64,000 nt of DNA. Origin: Octopus bimaculoides (Eukaryota). The stretch covers positions 81,612,834-81,676,833 of the forward strand of contig NC_068986.1 of NCBI RefSeq assembly GCF_001194135.2. The letters are read 5' to 3'. The notes under the pieces were generated by a model. That model saw only the letters and a program-made list of their open reading frames with translations. It had not been told where the DNA came from and did no database searches. Positions within the stretch are counted from its first letter, which is position 1. Each line of letters opens with the position of its first letter. Shown piece by piece: positions 1-13,277 of this stretch. The translations under genes were made by a program, and so were the position numbers.

Positions 1-1344
1 ACCTAACTACACTCTAGCTGAAAAATATAGAATACCTCATAAGTAATATAAACATTCTAAATTCAGTGGCAGCATTAATGAAGATGTTATGCATTAATTT
101 AATGTGTTAAACTTATCTTTATTAATGTGTATCGAATTATACAAAGATATATACAAGATTTACACAAATATAAGAGTTAGAACTTGTGATCTGCCCATGG
201 ACCTTTATCATCATCATCATCATCATCATCTTTGGAAATTTTTGCCTGCAGCACTAAAAAGTTTCACCACCCCTGCTCTAGACTTTTTATAACTTAAGAT
301 ATAATTGTTGGGTTAATGGGCTCACAAAAATAGAGTAACTATGATTTGAACACTAAACAAACAAATTGTGTTATTTGATAGTTTAGAATGCTGAGAATGA
401 ATTTTCTCATTCCTATCTGGACTACAAGTAACATATGGGCTGATCAAGAACCTATGTATAGTCGCTCAATTTGGAATTGACTGTCAAGTATTCTTTAGAT
501 CATACCCTACTTTCTTAAGGAAAGGACGCGTCAGATAATGTAGTCTTATTGTGGTTTTATATACTCTTCAAAAGAAGGGATAGTCATAGTTGGAATGCTT
601 CTGATCACAGTTGAACTGGAGTTAATCAACAACAGCACACTGCCTGTATATATTATTTCATGTAAATCTGTATACCCAACAAACTGTTTGCTGCCTACAA
701 AAATATTTTTTGAAATCATGTGCAACATTAGAGTATTAGTAATAGCAGCTGTTTAACCATAAATTTACTGTATTAATCAACTATTGGGTAAAATTAACTG
801 TTCTGTGTTATTATAACATCTTTGTAAGCTAAATATCAAGTTTGAAGGTCTGAAACTGTTGTCAAAACTGCTAGAAATTAAATAATTCTCCTCTTTTATT
901 AGTAAAATTTCAGTTAACAAGTCAAAGGTATCTCCACTCTTTTGTATTTTTTTAATCAGACCTTCTAAAGAAGATAGTTTTATCATAAGCAATTATTTTC
1001 TTTCTTTAGTTTGATACGTTTAATAAAGGATTAGCATTGAAGATTAACATTTCCACATCAAAGAATTGTTATACTTCAAGATTACCAATTCTAAATTACA
1101 CAATCAATGGTTCTACTTAAATCTGTTAATGACTCACTCCATCATTCATTTGTACCATAATCTTAAATGTTTTAATTAGAGTCCTTACAAAATATTCTTC
1201 AAACACAGTGGCTGGTTTTATATTAATATTTTCTGAAAGTCTAAATATCCTGCTAATTGCATGTTTTATATTCATGGTTTCCTATCAGATTAAAATTATC
1301 TAATGTCGAACTAGCCAGTTGATTGATGAATGTAGCTGATATAT

Positions 1345-1856
1345 CATTATCATCATCATTGTTTAACATCCATCTTCCATGCATGCATGCATGGGTAGGA
1401 TGGTTGACAGGAGCTGGCCAGGTAGAAAACCACCCTAAGCTACTGTCTGTTTGGTAGGGTTTCTATGGCTGGATGCCCTTCCTAACACCAACCACTCTGC
1501 AGAGTGGACTCAGTGCTTTTTACATGGCACTAGTACAGGTGAGGTTAGTTTTGGCATGATTTTTACAGCTGGATGTCCTTCCAAATGCCAACCATGTCAC
1601 ATTGTGAACTGGATGCTTTTTATGTGGCACCAGCACTGGCAGGGTCACTAAGTAACTTGCAAGATAAAGAATTTTGAGAAGGCAGGAGCATTTGAGGAGG
1701 GGAACTTGTGTCTGAGGATCAAAGGTTAGTGTAACAGAGAGGCAAAAACAAGTGTCTTGCTATAACGGAAGGGGCATTGGAGTAAAGGTTAGAGTGTGAC
1801 AGAGAAACAGAGAGGCAGAAATAGATGTCTTGCTATAGAGAAGGTACATGGCTACC

Positions 1857-1887
<31 letters not shown>

Positions 1888-2140
1888 GTACAAGAAAAAG
1901 GACAGAAACAGGTGTACTAATGTAAAGGAGAGACTTGGTTATCTAGTCAGAGGAAAAACAAGAGAAGGAGAGAGAGAGTGATCAAGAATGAGGGCAGAAA
2001 TAGGTGTGCTGCTGTAGAGTGGGTACATGGCTACCCAGCCAGAGAGAAAAGCAAGGGAAAGAGAGAGGGAGGGAGGGAAACAGCAATGGTGCAAGAGAGA
2101 GAAGGTGGAGTGCCAGGGTATACTCACAAGTAACAAGGAT
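1345..2140 (+). mobile_element. Dispersed repeat (family C, CATn-headed, SINE-like) with GA-rich 3' extension
   Basis: (CAT)n then GTTTAACATCCATCTTCCATGCATG...GGCTGGATGCCCTTCCTAACACCAACCACT; the same motif recurs at about 7030, 12770(-), 24780, 25940(-) and 40930. Confidence 0.75.
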
Positions 2141-2599
2141 CAGAGTTCAGATGTGATGGTTGAGTAAGGAAGATGGAGGTAACTATCCATTAGATAGTTA
2201 ATCTGTTACAATTGATGAATACGATAACTGTTGTTGATCTCACTAAATTATTCAGTATAATTAAAATTCTATTTTCTTACTTTCCAATATTTGATTACTT
2301 TGGTACAACTGTTGAGTTTATCAATGTGGATACAGCACTTTTTTTCATAAACTGCTGTCTTCGTGATTAATTTTATATCCTGAATAATTTCTATTCAAAC
2401 ATATTTGTTACTTTCCTTGAGATACAGGGGAATATTGCTATGAACTTGTTACCAAAAGTATTTGTACCAGGACCTTGGTATGTTCATGGTGAGAAATATA
2501 AGTACAATTTTGATTTGGTGGATTGATAAATTAACTTTCATGACTGTGGAAAGAAGGAGATAGACATATAGCATAGAACAAAACTGTCAATTTTTGCAG

Positions 2600-3345
2600 A
2601 ACAATATTCTGGAGGCAATGTACCTGAATATGGCTGGTGAAGGACCCAACCAAACGCAGAGTGACCTGGTGGTGGAACAATACTGTAGACACATAATAAC
2701 AAAAAGACAGTCTTGAAAAAGAGGAGGCAGTTTAGAAAAATATCAAATAACTATTAAAAAAGAAGCTGAACATTAGATATACATAGCAAGAAGTGAGGAA
2801 GAAAAGAGGTTTGCACATATTCTGCAATGTGAGGATCAAAGGCATGAGCTGCTCAACGTTGCTAGACAGTGTAGTAGAGAAAGTCAATGTGTCAAGAAGT
2901 GTATATGAAATGATAACGATGTACTTGCTCTTAATGACACTGAGTTGCTACTGTGAAAGACTACTGAATGAGGAGAATGCATGGGAGAGAGAGAGATCAA
3001 GAGAGCCTGTATTATGTAGACTTAACAGTGATCAAGCATCAAAGATGAAAGCAAGATGGTAGATAAGAGCAATAAGGGATATGAAAGTAAAGAAACAAGC
3101 AGGGCCATTTGAGCCAGTCACCAGGATACTTGAAATACTTGGCAAAATAGGGCACAGGACAGTAACTCAAAAAATGAATCAAGTAATACAAGAAGGTGTC
3201 ATATCTAATGATTGATGCTGCAGTATCATTGTGGACTGCTACAACAGCAAAGAAGATGCACTAGAGAAAGGAAATTACAGAAGCATCAAACTGTTGGACC
3301 AAGTTTTGGAAGTGACGGAGACATGATGGTCAAGGCTGGTTTATG
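2600..3345 (+). mobile_element. Decayed RTE-clade LINE ORF2 fragment (linker to start of RT)
   Basis: Interrupted frames give WWNNTVD (about 2670), CERLLNEENAWERE (about 2950-2995) and DCYNSKEDALEKGNYRSIKLLDQVLEVTE (about 3235-3320), matching the RTE 'KGD...NYRGIKL' motif just before RT; many stops and frameshifts. Confidence 0.85.
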
Positions 3346-4400
3346 GCTAAATAACTTTGAGGAGAGTCTTAGTGAGATATGTGTCTTTACTTCAAGATTA
3401 GGGCTAGTTGGACAATTGCAGTTAGCTGGCGTAACTCCAAGAATGGTAAAGACATTGGGTTAATCTAGAAGAATGAGGAAGTGAGAGAGAGAGAGAGAGA
3501 GAGAGAGAGTGAGAGAGATTTCCTACCCGAGTAAGTGGAAGCTCTCACTGAAACCTTGGTAAATTCCATAAAAATGCAAGCATAACCTTTCGGCAAATTG
3601 TTTTAATGTAAAGTTCATTCCCTTTTCCCATAATTAATACTTGCTTAGCTTTTATATGTATTTGTAAAGCTATAAATTAAAAATTTTGGAGATAAAACAT
3701 GAAACTGTTATGATGAATCAAAAATATTTAGACAATTTTTCCAGAAAAATTTCTCTTTTTTTTATTTAAAAATTTTTTTTTACAGTTCCCTGTTCTAATT
3801 TTTCTTTCTATACGTCTGTAAAGTGAGCAGTGATTTATAGCTGCTTCGCATCTTAAAGTGATATTTGCATATAAATTGTTGCAGCTTTTTTGCACAAATG
3901 AAACCTTTTCCCTTCCATTAACCTCTCTGTAATAAAGCATATGTGCTAAATTACATAGAATGAAATAAGTTATTCAAGTTTCTTTGTTATGGCCACAGGA
4001 AAGTCTGAACTCCTAATCTTGTAGTCATTAAAATGACTTAATATTCCCTTTGTTATTCTGAATCTTCACCAAATTTAGTTCACTTTAACAAGTCTTAGAA
4101 GCTTGTTTAATGAATGAAAAATTTTCAGAAGCTCATCTTAATTAGTTGTAATTTTGAAATGAAAAATGAAAAATATTATGTTGCAAGTGATTTAAGTTTG
4201 TATTTTTTTTCTTGTTAAGATTGATTCTTTTAAAATGGTAACACAATTATTGACTTATCACAATAAACAACTATAAATCAATGCCTCTAGAGTTTTCTTC
4301 TATTAGCTTATTCTAATGTGGGAAAAGAAACCAAATTCTCTGTAAAACTGCCACTTTAAATAACAGACTAAATACTTTTTATTTAAACCTACTGCTTTAA

Positions 4401-4775
4401 CCCTTTCGTTACTATATTTCTGACCAAAATACACCCCTCATGAGTTTCGATTAAATTCTAAAATAATCATGAATTTAGACTAGTCTCATTAAACACCTGT
4501 AACTTTTTTATTTATCAACATATTAATGTGATATTTGGAACATAATTAAAGAAAGGGTTCTTAATCAATTCTATTGCATAATTTTTGTCTGAAAGTTCTC
4601 CACGTACTTGGTGGGGGTGGGGGTGTACTGCTAGTGTCTCTCACATGTAAATATTGGTTCAGCTTCACGAATCGTACTCGTTCATAATACTGGAAATATA
4701 TTCATCGCCAAAAGGTTCCTGATCGCTCCAGTAATTTGTTATTCTGGGTAACTGTCTAATAATAATATTTATGGC
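4401..4775 (-). mobile_element. piggyBac transposon remnant: TTAA target, CCC-initiated end and transposase fragment; other end lost in the N-gap
   Basis: TTAA at 4397-4400 then CCCTTTCGTTAC. Minus-strand translation IIIRQLPRITNYWSDQEPFGDEYISSIM, then after a frameshift RFVKLNQYLHVRDTSSTP and VRGE, matches the piggyBac 'LP...YWS...MS..RF.....LH..D' block upstream of the first catalytic Asp. Confidence 0.8.
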
Positions 4776-5479
4776 NNNNNNNNNNNNNNNNNNNNNNNNN
4801 NNNNNNNNNNNNNNNNNNNNNNNNNNNNNNNNNNNNNNNNNNNNNNNNNNNNNNNNNNNNNNNNNNNNNNNNNNNNNNNNNNNNNNNNNNNNNNNNNNNN
4901 NNNNNNNNNNNNNNNNNNNNNNNNNNNNNNNNNNNNNNNNNNNNNNNNNNNNNNNNNNNNNNNNNNNNNNNNNNNNNNNNNNNNNNNNNNNNNNNNNNNN
5001 NNNNNNNNNNNNNNNNNNNNNNNNNNNNNNNNNNNNNNNNNNNNNNNNNNNNNNNNNNNNNNNNNNNNNNNNNNNNNNNNNNNNNNNNNNNNNNNNNNNN
5101 NNNNNNNNNNNNNNNNNNNNNNNNNNNNNNNNNNNNNNNNNNNNNNNNNNNNNNNNNNNNNNNNNNNNNNNNNNNNNNNNNNNNNNNNNNNNNNNNNNNN
5201 NNNNNNNNNNNNNNNNNNNNNNNNNNNNNNNNNNNNNNNNNNNNNNNNNNNNNNNNNNNNNNNNNNNNNNNNNNNNNNNNNNNNNNNNNNNNNNNNNNNN
5301 NNNNNNNNNNNNNNNNNNNNNNNNNNNNNNNNNNNNNNNNNNNNNNNNNNNNNNNNNNNNNNNNNNNNNNNNNNNNNNNNNNNNNNNNNNNNNNNNNNNN
5401 NNNNNNNNNNNNNNNNNNNNNNNNNNNNNNNNNNNNNNNNNNNNNNNNNNNNNNNNNNNNNNNNNNNNNNNNNNNNNNN
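4776..5479. other. Assembly gap (N run); other gaps at 19781-19790, 39088-39453 and 43610-43722
   Basis: Runs of N, mostly bounded by (CA)n or telomere-like repeats. Confidence 0.99.
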
Positions 5480-5515
<36 letters not shown>

Positions 5516-6269
5516 TATTTCAGAGGAGGAGGAACAGAAATGATAAGCTATGATGTTCATGCTTTTTTTCTTCAAATGTTTTATTAACTGGAAAACAGGT
5601 TTGTTAACCTTCACAAGTGGTTACTTTGTCTATTAAGGGAACAGGATGTCTTCTGATGAGGTCATCTTTTTATTATCTCTGTGCCGTCCTCATAAAAAAT
5701 AATACAAAACTAAAATATAATTGGGCTTTAATAGACTTATGCACTTGAAACACCATTAGATTAAAATAACAAAATGTATATTTAAGACAACACTAGCTGT
5801 TGGAATTTGTCTCAGAGAAACTTCTGTTTGCTGGTTTCTATATAGGAACGAAAGTTCCAACCAAGCTCTGATTGACCAGTCTTGTCCTGAAGAGACAAAA
5901 TTAAGCCAAAATAGTGGTGTCTGTTGATGTCACTCAGTGTGAACTCTGATTTTTAAAGAAGTTTGAGACAAAATTCTACAGTTAGCACTGTTTTATACTT
6001 GTATATAGATTGTTTTATATACTGTTATAGTTGTCATGCAGCCCATGGTCAACTCTGATAAAACATATCTGAAGTCAAAAGCATTTCAGTTGTAACCATC
6101 CCGTCTGTTTAGGAGTCTTCTAAGGAGATATTATTATCTAATATATTCTTGCACATTTTGGGAAATAGCTGGGTGTGATTTGAGGGTGAATTGGTTCCTA
6201 TCTTGAGTAGGTTGAGTAATCACTTACAGGTTCTCTTATTGGCTTGTTCTAAAGTCTAGTGTTCAGTCG

Positions 6270-6590
6270 GTCATTGCTTTATGTCTTTCTTTTTCTCCCC
6301 ATGTTTGCATGGTTTGGATGTGTCTTCTCGAGTGCAGCATCTTACCACTTGTTGCATTCCTTTGTATTCTGTTATCCTTGGTCTTTGTATTCATCTGTTT
6401 CCTTCCACATGGATCTCTTGGCACTTCTTTACTTAACTGTTATCCTCCATACACATTTCATATCTTTATCAATGCAGTCTTCTCTCTTATACACAACAGT
6501 TAATTCCTCTTACACCCAGTTTTTCTCTCAAATAATTTGTATGTTCTTGTTCATACATAATAACATACCACATCCAGTGGAGTGTATCCA
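6270..6590 (-). mobile_element. RTE LINE 3' fragment
   Basis: Reverse complement reads LREKLGVRGINCCV*ERRLH... and ends ...GCTGCACTCGAGAAGACACATCCAAACCATGC, like the 3' ends of the RTE copies at about 24520-24770 and 50660-50930. Confidence 0.7.
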
Positions 6591-7028
6591 TTGATTTAAA
6601 TGTAAATTTAATTTTCTTCCTAGTTTCACATGAAGAAGTAGATCAATATTTCAAAGATCATTACATTTTGTAAATCTTTAAATCAGGAAAATTAATTCCC
6701 CAATACAAGGTTACCATAAATTGTATGTTGTTGGATTATTAAGATAGCCCACTGCTGGATTATTAATATATCCATTTTTTGCCTTACAATTATATACAAT
6801 ATTATATTTTGATATTTTTCTATAGAGAAAAATCAATATGTATGTGTAACAGAATATTGAAGTCAAATATATTTAGTATTTTTGTTTTGTTTAGTCATCC
6901 TTTCTACTCCATACAAAACTAGATGCTCATTAAATTTGTATGCTGATACAGAAATATACTTTTAAAATTTCAAACCCTTTGATATTGATTGTTAACATTG
7001 GTACAAGGTCTTATTATATGGAACAACA

Positions 7029-7720
7029 CATCATCATCATCATCATCGTTTAACATCCGTTTTCCATGCTAGCATGGGTTGGACGGTTCGACCGGGGTCT
7101 GGGAAGCCAGGAGGTTGCACCAGGCTCCAGTTTGATCTGGCAGTGTTTCTATAGCTGGATGCCCTTCCTAATGCCAACCACTCCGTGAGTGTAGTAGGTG
7201 CTTTTTACGTGCCACCGGCACAGGGGCTAGAGGAGGCTGGCAGCGGCCACGATCGGTTAGTGCTTTTTACGTTCCACCGGCACGGAGCCAGTCAAGGCAG
7301 CGCTGGCATCGGCCACATTCAGATGGTGCTTTTTACATGCCACCGGCACAGGTATTACAACTACAATTTCCATTTGATTTTTATTTTGATGTTGATGTAC
7401 TTGACTCAATAGGTCTCCTCAAGCACAGCAGGTCGTCCTACGATCCAAGGTACTTTTGAATGGGCTGGGGCTGGTTATGCGAAACTGGTGTAGGATATAT
7501 CTGTGGACTCACTTTATTTGTCAGCTCTCCACAGTCACAGCATATCTCCAGAGGTATCAGTCTTTCGTCATTGCCTCTGTGAGGCCCAACGTTTGAAGGT
7601 CATGCTTGACCACTTCATCCCATGTCTTCCTGGGTCTACCTCTACCCTGGATTCCTTCAACTGTTTGGGAGTGGCACTTCTTCACACATACAGTTGTATA
7701 AATCTAACCGAGTACTTGAC
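7029..7720 (+). mobile_element. Family C dispersed repeat, longest and least decayed copy
   Basis: (CAT)n-CGTTTAACATCCGTTTCCATGCTAGCATGGGTTGGACGG...; CpG-rich, with internal GTGCTTTTTACGTGCCACCGGCAC repeats. Confidence 0.75.
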
Positions 7721-7900
7721 TGGTACTTTATCAACTCTAGAAATATTGACAAATTAAATCAGCTCTGGCAAGATTTGAAGTTTGAACATAGACTTACGTC
7801 CTGCTGATTCTACTCATTCCCTGATTCTCTGGATTATTTCTTTAATCTCTGATTTAAAACAAAACTTTGTCCCAACTCATTTATATGAAAAGTTCTTTAA

Positions 7901-8115
7901 TCCTTTTGTTACTATATTATGTGAAATATACCACCTTTGCTTTATTTAATTTTTAAAATAATGAGGAATTTGATGAAATGACTTTATCATTAAGCTAGGG
8001 TATGGAACAAATTAGCTTAAAATTTTGATGGAAGATTTTAATTTAGATCACTTTCAAACAAGAAATTTGTGACATAGAAGCAGGGGTGGTCTCAAGTGGG
8101 TTGGTAACACAAGAG
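7901..8115. mobile_element. TTAA-flanked MITE (piggyBac-like non-autonomous element)
   Basis: TTAA at 7897-7900 and 8116-8119; imperfect TIRs TCCTTTTGTTAC ... GTAACACAAGAG; the left end resembles the 4401 terminus. A related degenerate copy lies at about 52100-52320. Confidence 0.75.
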
Positions 8116-9369
8116 TTAATAAATTTATTGGGTTCAATTTATCAGTCAATTTTGAATCCAATTAAATTGGATTAATCCATTTAATACCAACATGCTTTTG
8201 ATTACTTGCACTAATTGTTCATAGTTAAATTAAGATATCGAGCAAAATCTCATTATAACATTGATATAATGAGGTTAACACCAGCATAATTTACCAATAT
8301 ATAAAGTGGAAATATTTATTAGACACCACTAAAACCTTGATCATAATTCAAATGTAACTGTAATATATTAGCTTTAGAAATATATGGTTAAATAGTTGAA
8401 TCATATTTGTAAGAATGAGCTTGATACAACATGCTAACAAGTAAAAAAAAAAAAATTACATATATTCCATATAATTAATTGTTATAGCATGAATAGAATG
8501 CCTTGTGTAAGTTCTGATTCTGTTTGCACCGAGTTCATATTCTGCTAAAGTTAGCTCTGCCATTTATCCTTTTGAGGTAAGTTAAAAAGTACATACCTAT
8601 GATGGTGGATTAGTGAAACTAGAGTGGGGCAATCAGACCTTGATGCTTTGTGATATTTGTTTCAGCTCTTTGTAATTTGAGTTCATATCTTGGTGTCGTT
8701 TACTTGGTTGGTAAATTTAATCTAATGTCTATTTTAGCACCATCACTTGGCACCTCAGGTACTTTTAGCAAAGTGGACTCTGCTAAAGGTACCCAAGGCA
8801 CCAAGTTGCAAACATTAGGTCCAAACCGCCAGTGTGAGGATATCTTCCTCCATCCCTCCCATTCTATTTGAAGGCCCTATAGAGATTCATGGACATTGCT
8901 TTCCTTCCTAACTATAAAATGAAGAATAAATAGCAGTTAACATAAAATATAGCTGTAGCATTACTTCTACCCCTACTCAGTCTAAGGGTGTTGTCTTGCA
9001 AGTTACTTGGTGAACTCACTGGTGCCAGTGCGACAAAAAAAGTACCTAGTACACTTTGTAAAGTGGTTGTCATTTGGAAGAGCAACTGGCTGTAGAAACC
9101 ACGACATTGCAAACATTGGAGCTCAATGCAGTCCTCTGGCTTGTTGAATCCTGTTGAACCATCCACCCTGTAGCAGCATGGAAGATGGACATTAAATGAT
9201 GGCGATAGAATATAGTTGTGTAATGGAGATTAGTATATATTATGATTGTTGGGAAGTTGCTCTATATTATGTATAATATTTTAATACAGGCACGTAACAC
9301 TGTAGATGCTATTTTGCTATTGTACATGATTTTGTATAGTTTTGTATGAATACTGTTATACAGTAGATC

Positions 9370-9620
9370 ATAAGAGTATTGGATTTGGTAGACGGAAACT
9401 GAAAGAAGCCCATCATATATATATATGCTTGTGTGTCTGTGTTTGTCCCCACCACCATCACTTGACAACCGATGTTGGTGTGTCTACGTCCCCGTAACTT
9501 AGCAGTTTGGCAAAAGAATAAGTACTAGGCCAATAGGATAAGTACTAGGCTTCCAAAGAATAAGTTCTGGGGTCGATTTGTTCGACTAAAGGCGGTGCTC
9601 CAGCATGGCCACAGTCAAAG
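9370..9620 (+). mobile_element. Family B SINE, 3' part
   Basis: GGATTTGGTAGACGGAAACTGAAAGAAGCCC...GGGGTCGATTTGTTCGACTAAAGGCGGTGCTCCAGCATGGCC is the reverse complement of the copy at 13955-14335. Confidence 0.8.
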
Positions 9621-12600
9621 ATGGACTCTACATGATCAACTAACTTGCTAACAATTTCCAGAAACTACATCCTACTATTTAAAAAAGAACACATTAGATA
9701 ATATAGTTCAGTGTACACTAAAAAGTAAGACTGGATGGTCACAACTGGAATATTTTTGATTATAGCTCTGCTAGATCTGCACTGACTTCAGGCAGTACAA
9801 CATTTGAACTGTAAAACTAAAATTTGGTTTGATTAAATATAGTGCATATACTGAGGTGTATCCACAATATTTGTATTGAGGTTATAGATTAGATATAATG
9901 CATTGCCAGTGTGCTGTTAGTATTATTGGGGTATGTAATCACAATAGTTTCTGTTGCACTTTTATTGAAATGAAAGTCGGCTTCATAATCTGTTTCACTT
10001 TGAAGTTTAACTGCCTATTTGGTAGACAGAATAGTATATCTAAATGTGTTTCAATTCAGTTAAGTTATTCTGGCATACAAATCTAACTAACATAACTGAC
10101 TAAGAACACTACCTAGACTCACAATTGCTGTTCTAGTATCTCATTTGCTTTGCTACACAGGTTTAGCTCTCTAATCTTTTTAAAATGTAGCCTGAACAAA
10201 TAATTAATTGCCAGATGAATCTGAAGGTAGAAAAACAGCTGAGTAGACCCTCAACAGTGCTTCAGGTTTCTGAAACGTACTTTGTCTTTCGATACAATGG
10301 TGTTTTTTTTATATAATACCTATATTACATTTTAGAAATGATAGTAGTATGAACGTATAAAATGTACCACCACTCATGTAATACTTTCATAAGACTCCCT
10401 ATCTATAAATAAGTATTGTAGAAAGGTGCAACTCATTTCTATAAATAATGGCAAATTTGTATAATTGCTGATAATTTTTTAGCTCGAAGTACTGAGTTCA
10501 ATTTCTAGAGAGGATTGGACTCTACCAGTTTGACCTGATTTTGACATACCATATTGAAATAAACTCTTCTATGATGCAGTGTTACAGAAATCATTTCCTA
10601 ATACATGTGGTTCATGACAATTAGCTATACAAGTTCTCCTTGAACCATAAATAAAAGTAATGAATCTATTTTGTATTCAGTTAACATTTGTAACACATAA
10701 TGTTGTGCTACATAGGTTGTTGTATGGTTGGTGTAATTTATCATATGATAGGTTGTGTGTAGCATCAAACTTTGGTATAATGTAACTTGGAGTACAAAAC
10801 TCAATGTACCTTTTCTTAGGTGGTAGAGTAACTTGAGGAAGGTCAGCTGCTATTTTTAGAAAGTCGAGAAACCATGTAGATGCTGTCATATTGGATTTGC
10901 TAAAAATCCATCACTAGTTATTTCATTGTGAGCCCATCCATCATTGTTAAATTCAACACCATGATTGTTATCTACAGAGTAAATACATTTCTAAACATAA
11001 AAGTTTTTATTGGTAAAGCAAATAAATATATTGATTTGTTATTAACGATAAAAAAAGAAATTCAGAGACAAAACATTCCATGCCAGCATGAAACACAGAC
11101 ATTTAAGGAGGAGGGTGAAAATTTTTAGAAAGCTTGAAAGAACTATCAAGAAACAAAGTAATAATTAAACAATATATCATTGATATAACCCTCATCACAA
11201 TAAATCAAAATAAAAAATATTCATTATTAATGATGGTAGCAGTATCAGTTCAAATTAGCATTTTATATATCATTCTTAATGCAAATATACTATAGAAAGC
11301 CTAGAAACTGTGGTATTTGCCTCAAGAAAGCATCTCATACAGATGCATAGTGTTCAAAAACACAAAAGTATATCAGCAGTAGACAAAAAGCCTTCTAATA
11401 GTTGTGATGGGATCACTAAACATGTTTTTCTGCTTCTTTGAGCATCAGTAGCAAATGTCATTATTAACAAGCTTCTTCTAGTAACTGTATATTAAGAGAA
11501 ATTTAGCCTACAAATCATTAAAATATGGATTAAGAGACATTTTTCTTCAATTTTTACTTCTAGAATATACTTCCTTTAATTTAAAATAGTTTTAAATTTT
11601 TAACTGAGTTTTGTTGTTTGATTCTATTTTTAAAATTGTTTCTTTTAGTAATAACTTTTTTTCTTTCAGTTTCAATTTCTTTATTAATGAAATGGCATTT
11701 ACTCTAGGTCTATTATTATCGTTAATTTCTTGTTTAATTAAATTGAAATATAATTGATTAAGGCTACATTAGTATATTTCTGTAGCAATCAGTGTTAATA
11801 ACACAATTTACTTAGTGAGGCAACATGTAAATAAGAACTGTGTCTCTATTTTTTTGACAATTATTTGGAAAGAAAGAAGGGCATAATATTTTATTATTTA
11901 AACATTAAAAAAAAATTGGGGGGTACATTTCCACTGGTGGTTCAGTTGGAAAATCATATCTACATATTTTATCTAGCAATTTAAAAGTTAAGGAAAATAA
12001 GGTCCATCTAAATGGCTCTAAGAAAAAAATTTATTTCATCATTAATGAAAAGCTGACATTTATTTCCTGTATGAATAAAAATTTTAATATCTAGAAATAT
12101 GAAATAAATCATGTTAATGGTGATGCTTGAAGTAGATAAAGCTATAAATGTAGAATATTGGGTTAGAAATTCCCTTGGATTGATAAAGTCAAAGGCTGCC
12201 TGTGGAATGTGAACCCACTTTTTCTGTGGATATGACAGGCGTGCCAAAGACTGAAGATGAATTTACTGATGTTCTGTTTTGCAATTTCCTTGGGTGAAAT
12301 TACAGCTCTATATTTACCATGGTATTGGTGTGTGTGCATGTGTGCACATATATATTGATTTTAAGTTTTGGCACAAGGCCAGCAATTTCAAGGGAGTGGG
12401 TAAGTTGCTTATATTGACCCCAATGATCAACTGGTACTTATTTTATTGACCCCGAAAGGATGAAAGGTATAGTCGACCTCAGTGAAATAGCATGTACATA
12501 TATATTAGCAACTGTTTTGTTTATTTGTAATTAGCTAACTTTCAAAAAGTATGTTTGGAACTTCTATTTTTTCCATTGTTTTGATGTTTCTCTGGAACTA

Positions 12601-13277
12601 TTATTATAATTATTGAATGTTGCAACTTGACAGTGAGTATTGGACAAAATATCATCTGGTATTTAGTTATTTATCATTCTTGTGCTATTCTGTCTCTTTC
12701 TTTCATACTTTAATCCCCTCATCTAGCATAAAGCCATCTCCTTCTACTGTAGCTCCAATCAGTTGAAGAAGATCTTTTGCAAGCTACATGGTGATGTCAC
12801 TAGGCTGGTGCCATGAAAATAACCACTCAGTACACTTGGTAAAGTGGCTGGCGTTAAGAAGGGCATCCAGCTGTAGAAAACGTGCCAAAGGTTTGACATT
12901 GGAGAATGATCCAGTCTTCCTATCATATAGTTTAACCCATGCCAGCATAGAACATGTACATTGATGATGATGGTGATAATGACTTTCTGCATGGAAATCT
13001 TGCTGACACCAACTTTGGTGAAGGTAGGGTCACTGAAATACCAGTTGAGTACTGAGGTGGATATAATTGACTAATTCCACTCCTGCCAAAGTTCTTTGCT
13101 TTGAGCCTTTATGAGAAACAATTATGGTTCTTCACTTTTCATCCTTTAGGGATTGATAAAATAAAGTATCATTCTAGTACTGAAGTTGATGTAATCAGCT
13201 AAATTTCATCAAAATCTCTAGCCTTGTGCTTGTATCAAACAATTATTCATTGTTGTTGTTGTTGTTGTTGTTGTTAT

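Noticed and set aside
388-487. Peptide ...TSNIWADQEPMY resembling the piggyBac TNYWSDQEPF motif
   Set aside because: Overlaps a dispersed non-coding repeat, hits a stop at once and has no other transposase motif; treated as coincidence.
4665-5553. Long ORFs of 159-281 aa in the track spanning N runs (also 38930-39617)
   Set aside because: Artefacts of translating through gaps and (CA)n; only the piggyBac-like tail at 4665-4775 is meaningful.
6259-6594. 111-aa hydrophobic + strand ORF (also 23797-24246, 24369-24833 and 17267-17491)
   Set aside because: Antisense shadows of RTE LINE fragments.
8666-8710. Plus-strand microexon candidates with open frames: 2428-2477, 8666-8710, 34720-34755, 42031-42078, 45088-45141
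   Set aside because: Plausible AG/GT sites but no recognisable homology and no consistent phase chain; expected by chance in AT-rich DNA. RNA-seq would decide.
10677-12247. Protein-looking ORFs 10677-10889(-), 10928-11128(+, VIYRVN...VFIG, faintly GIY-YIG-like) and 12008-12247(-); likewise 777-992(-)
   Set aside because: No family recognised with confidence and no supporting neighbouring motifs or coherent exon structure.
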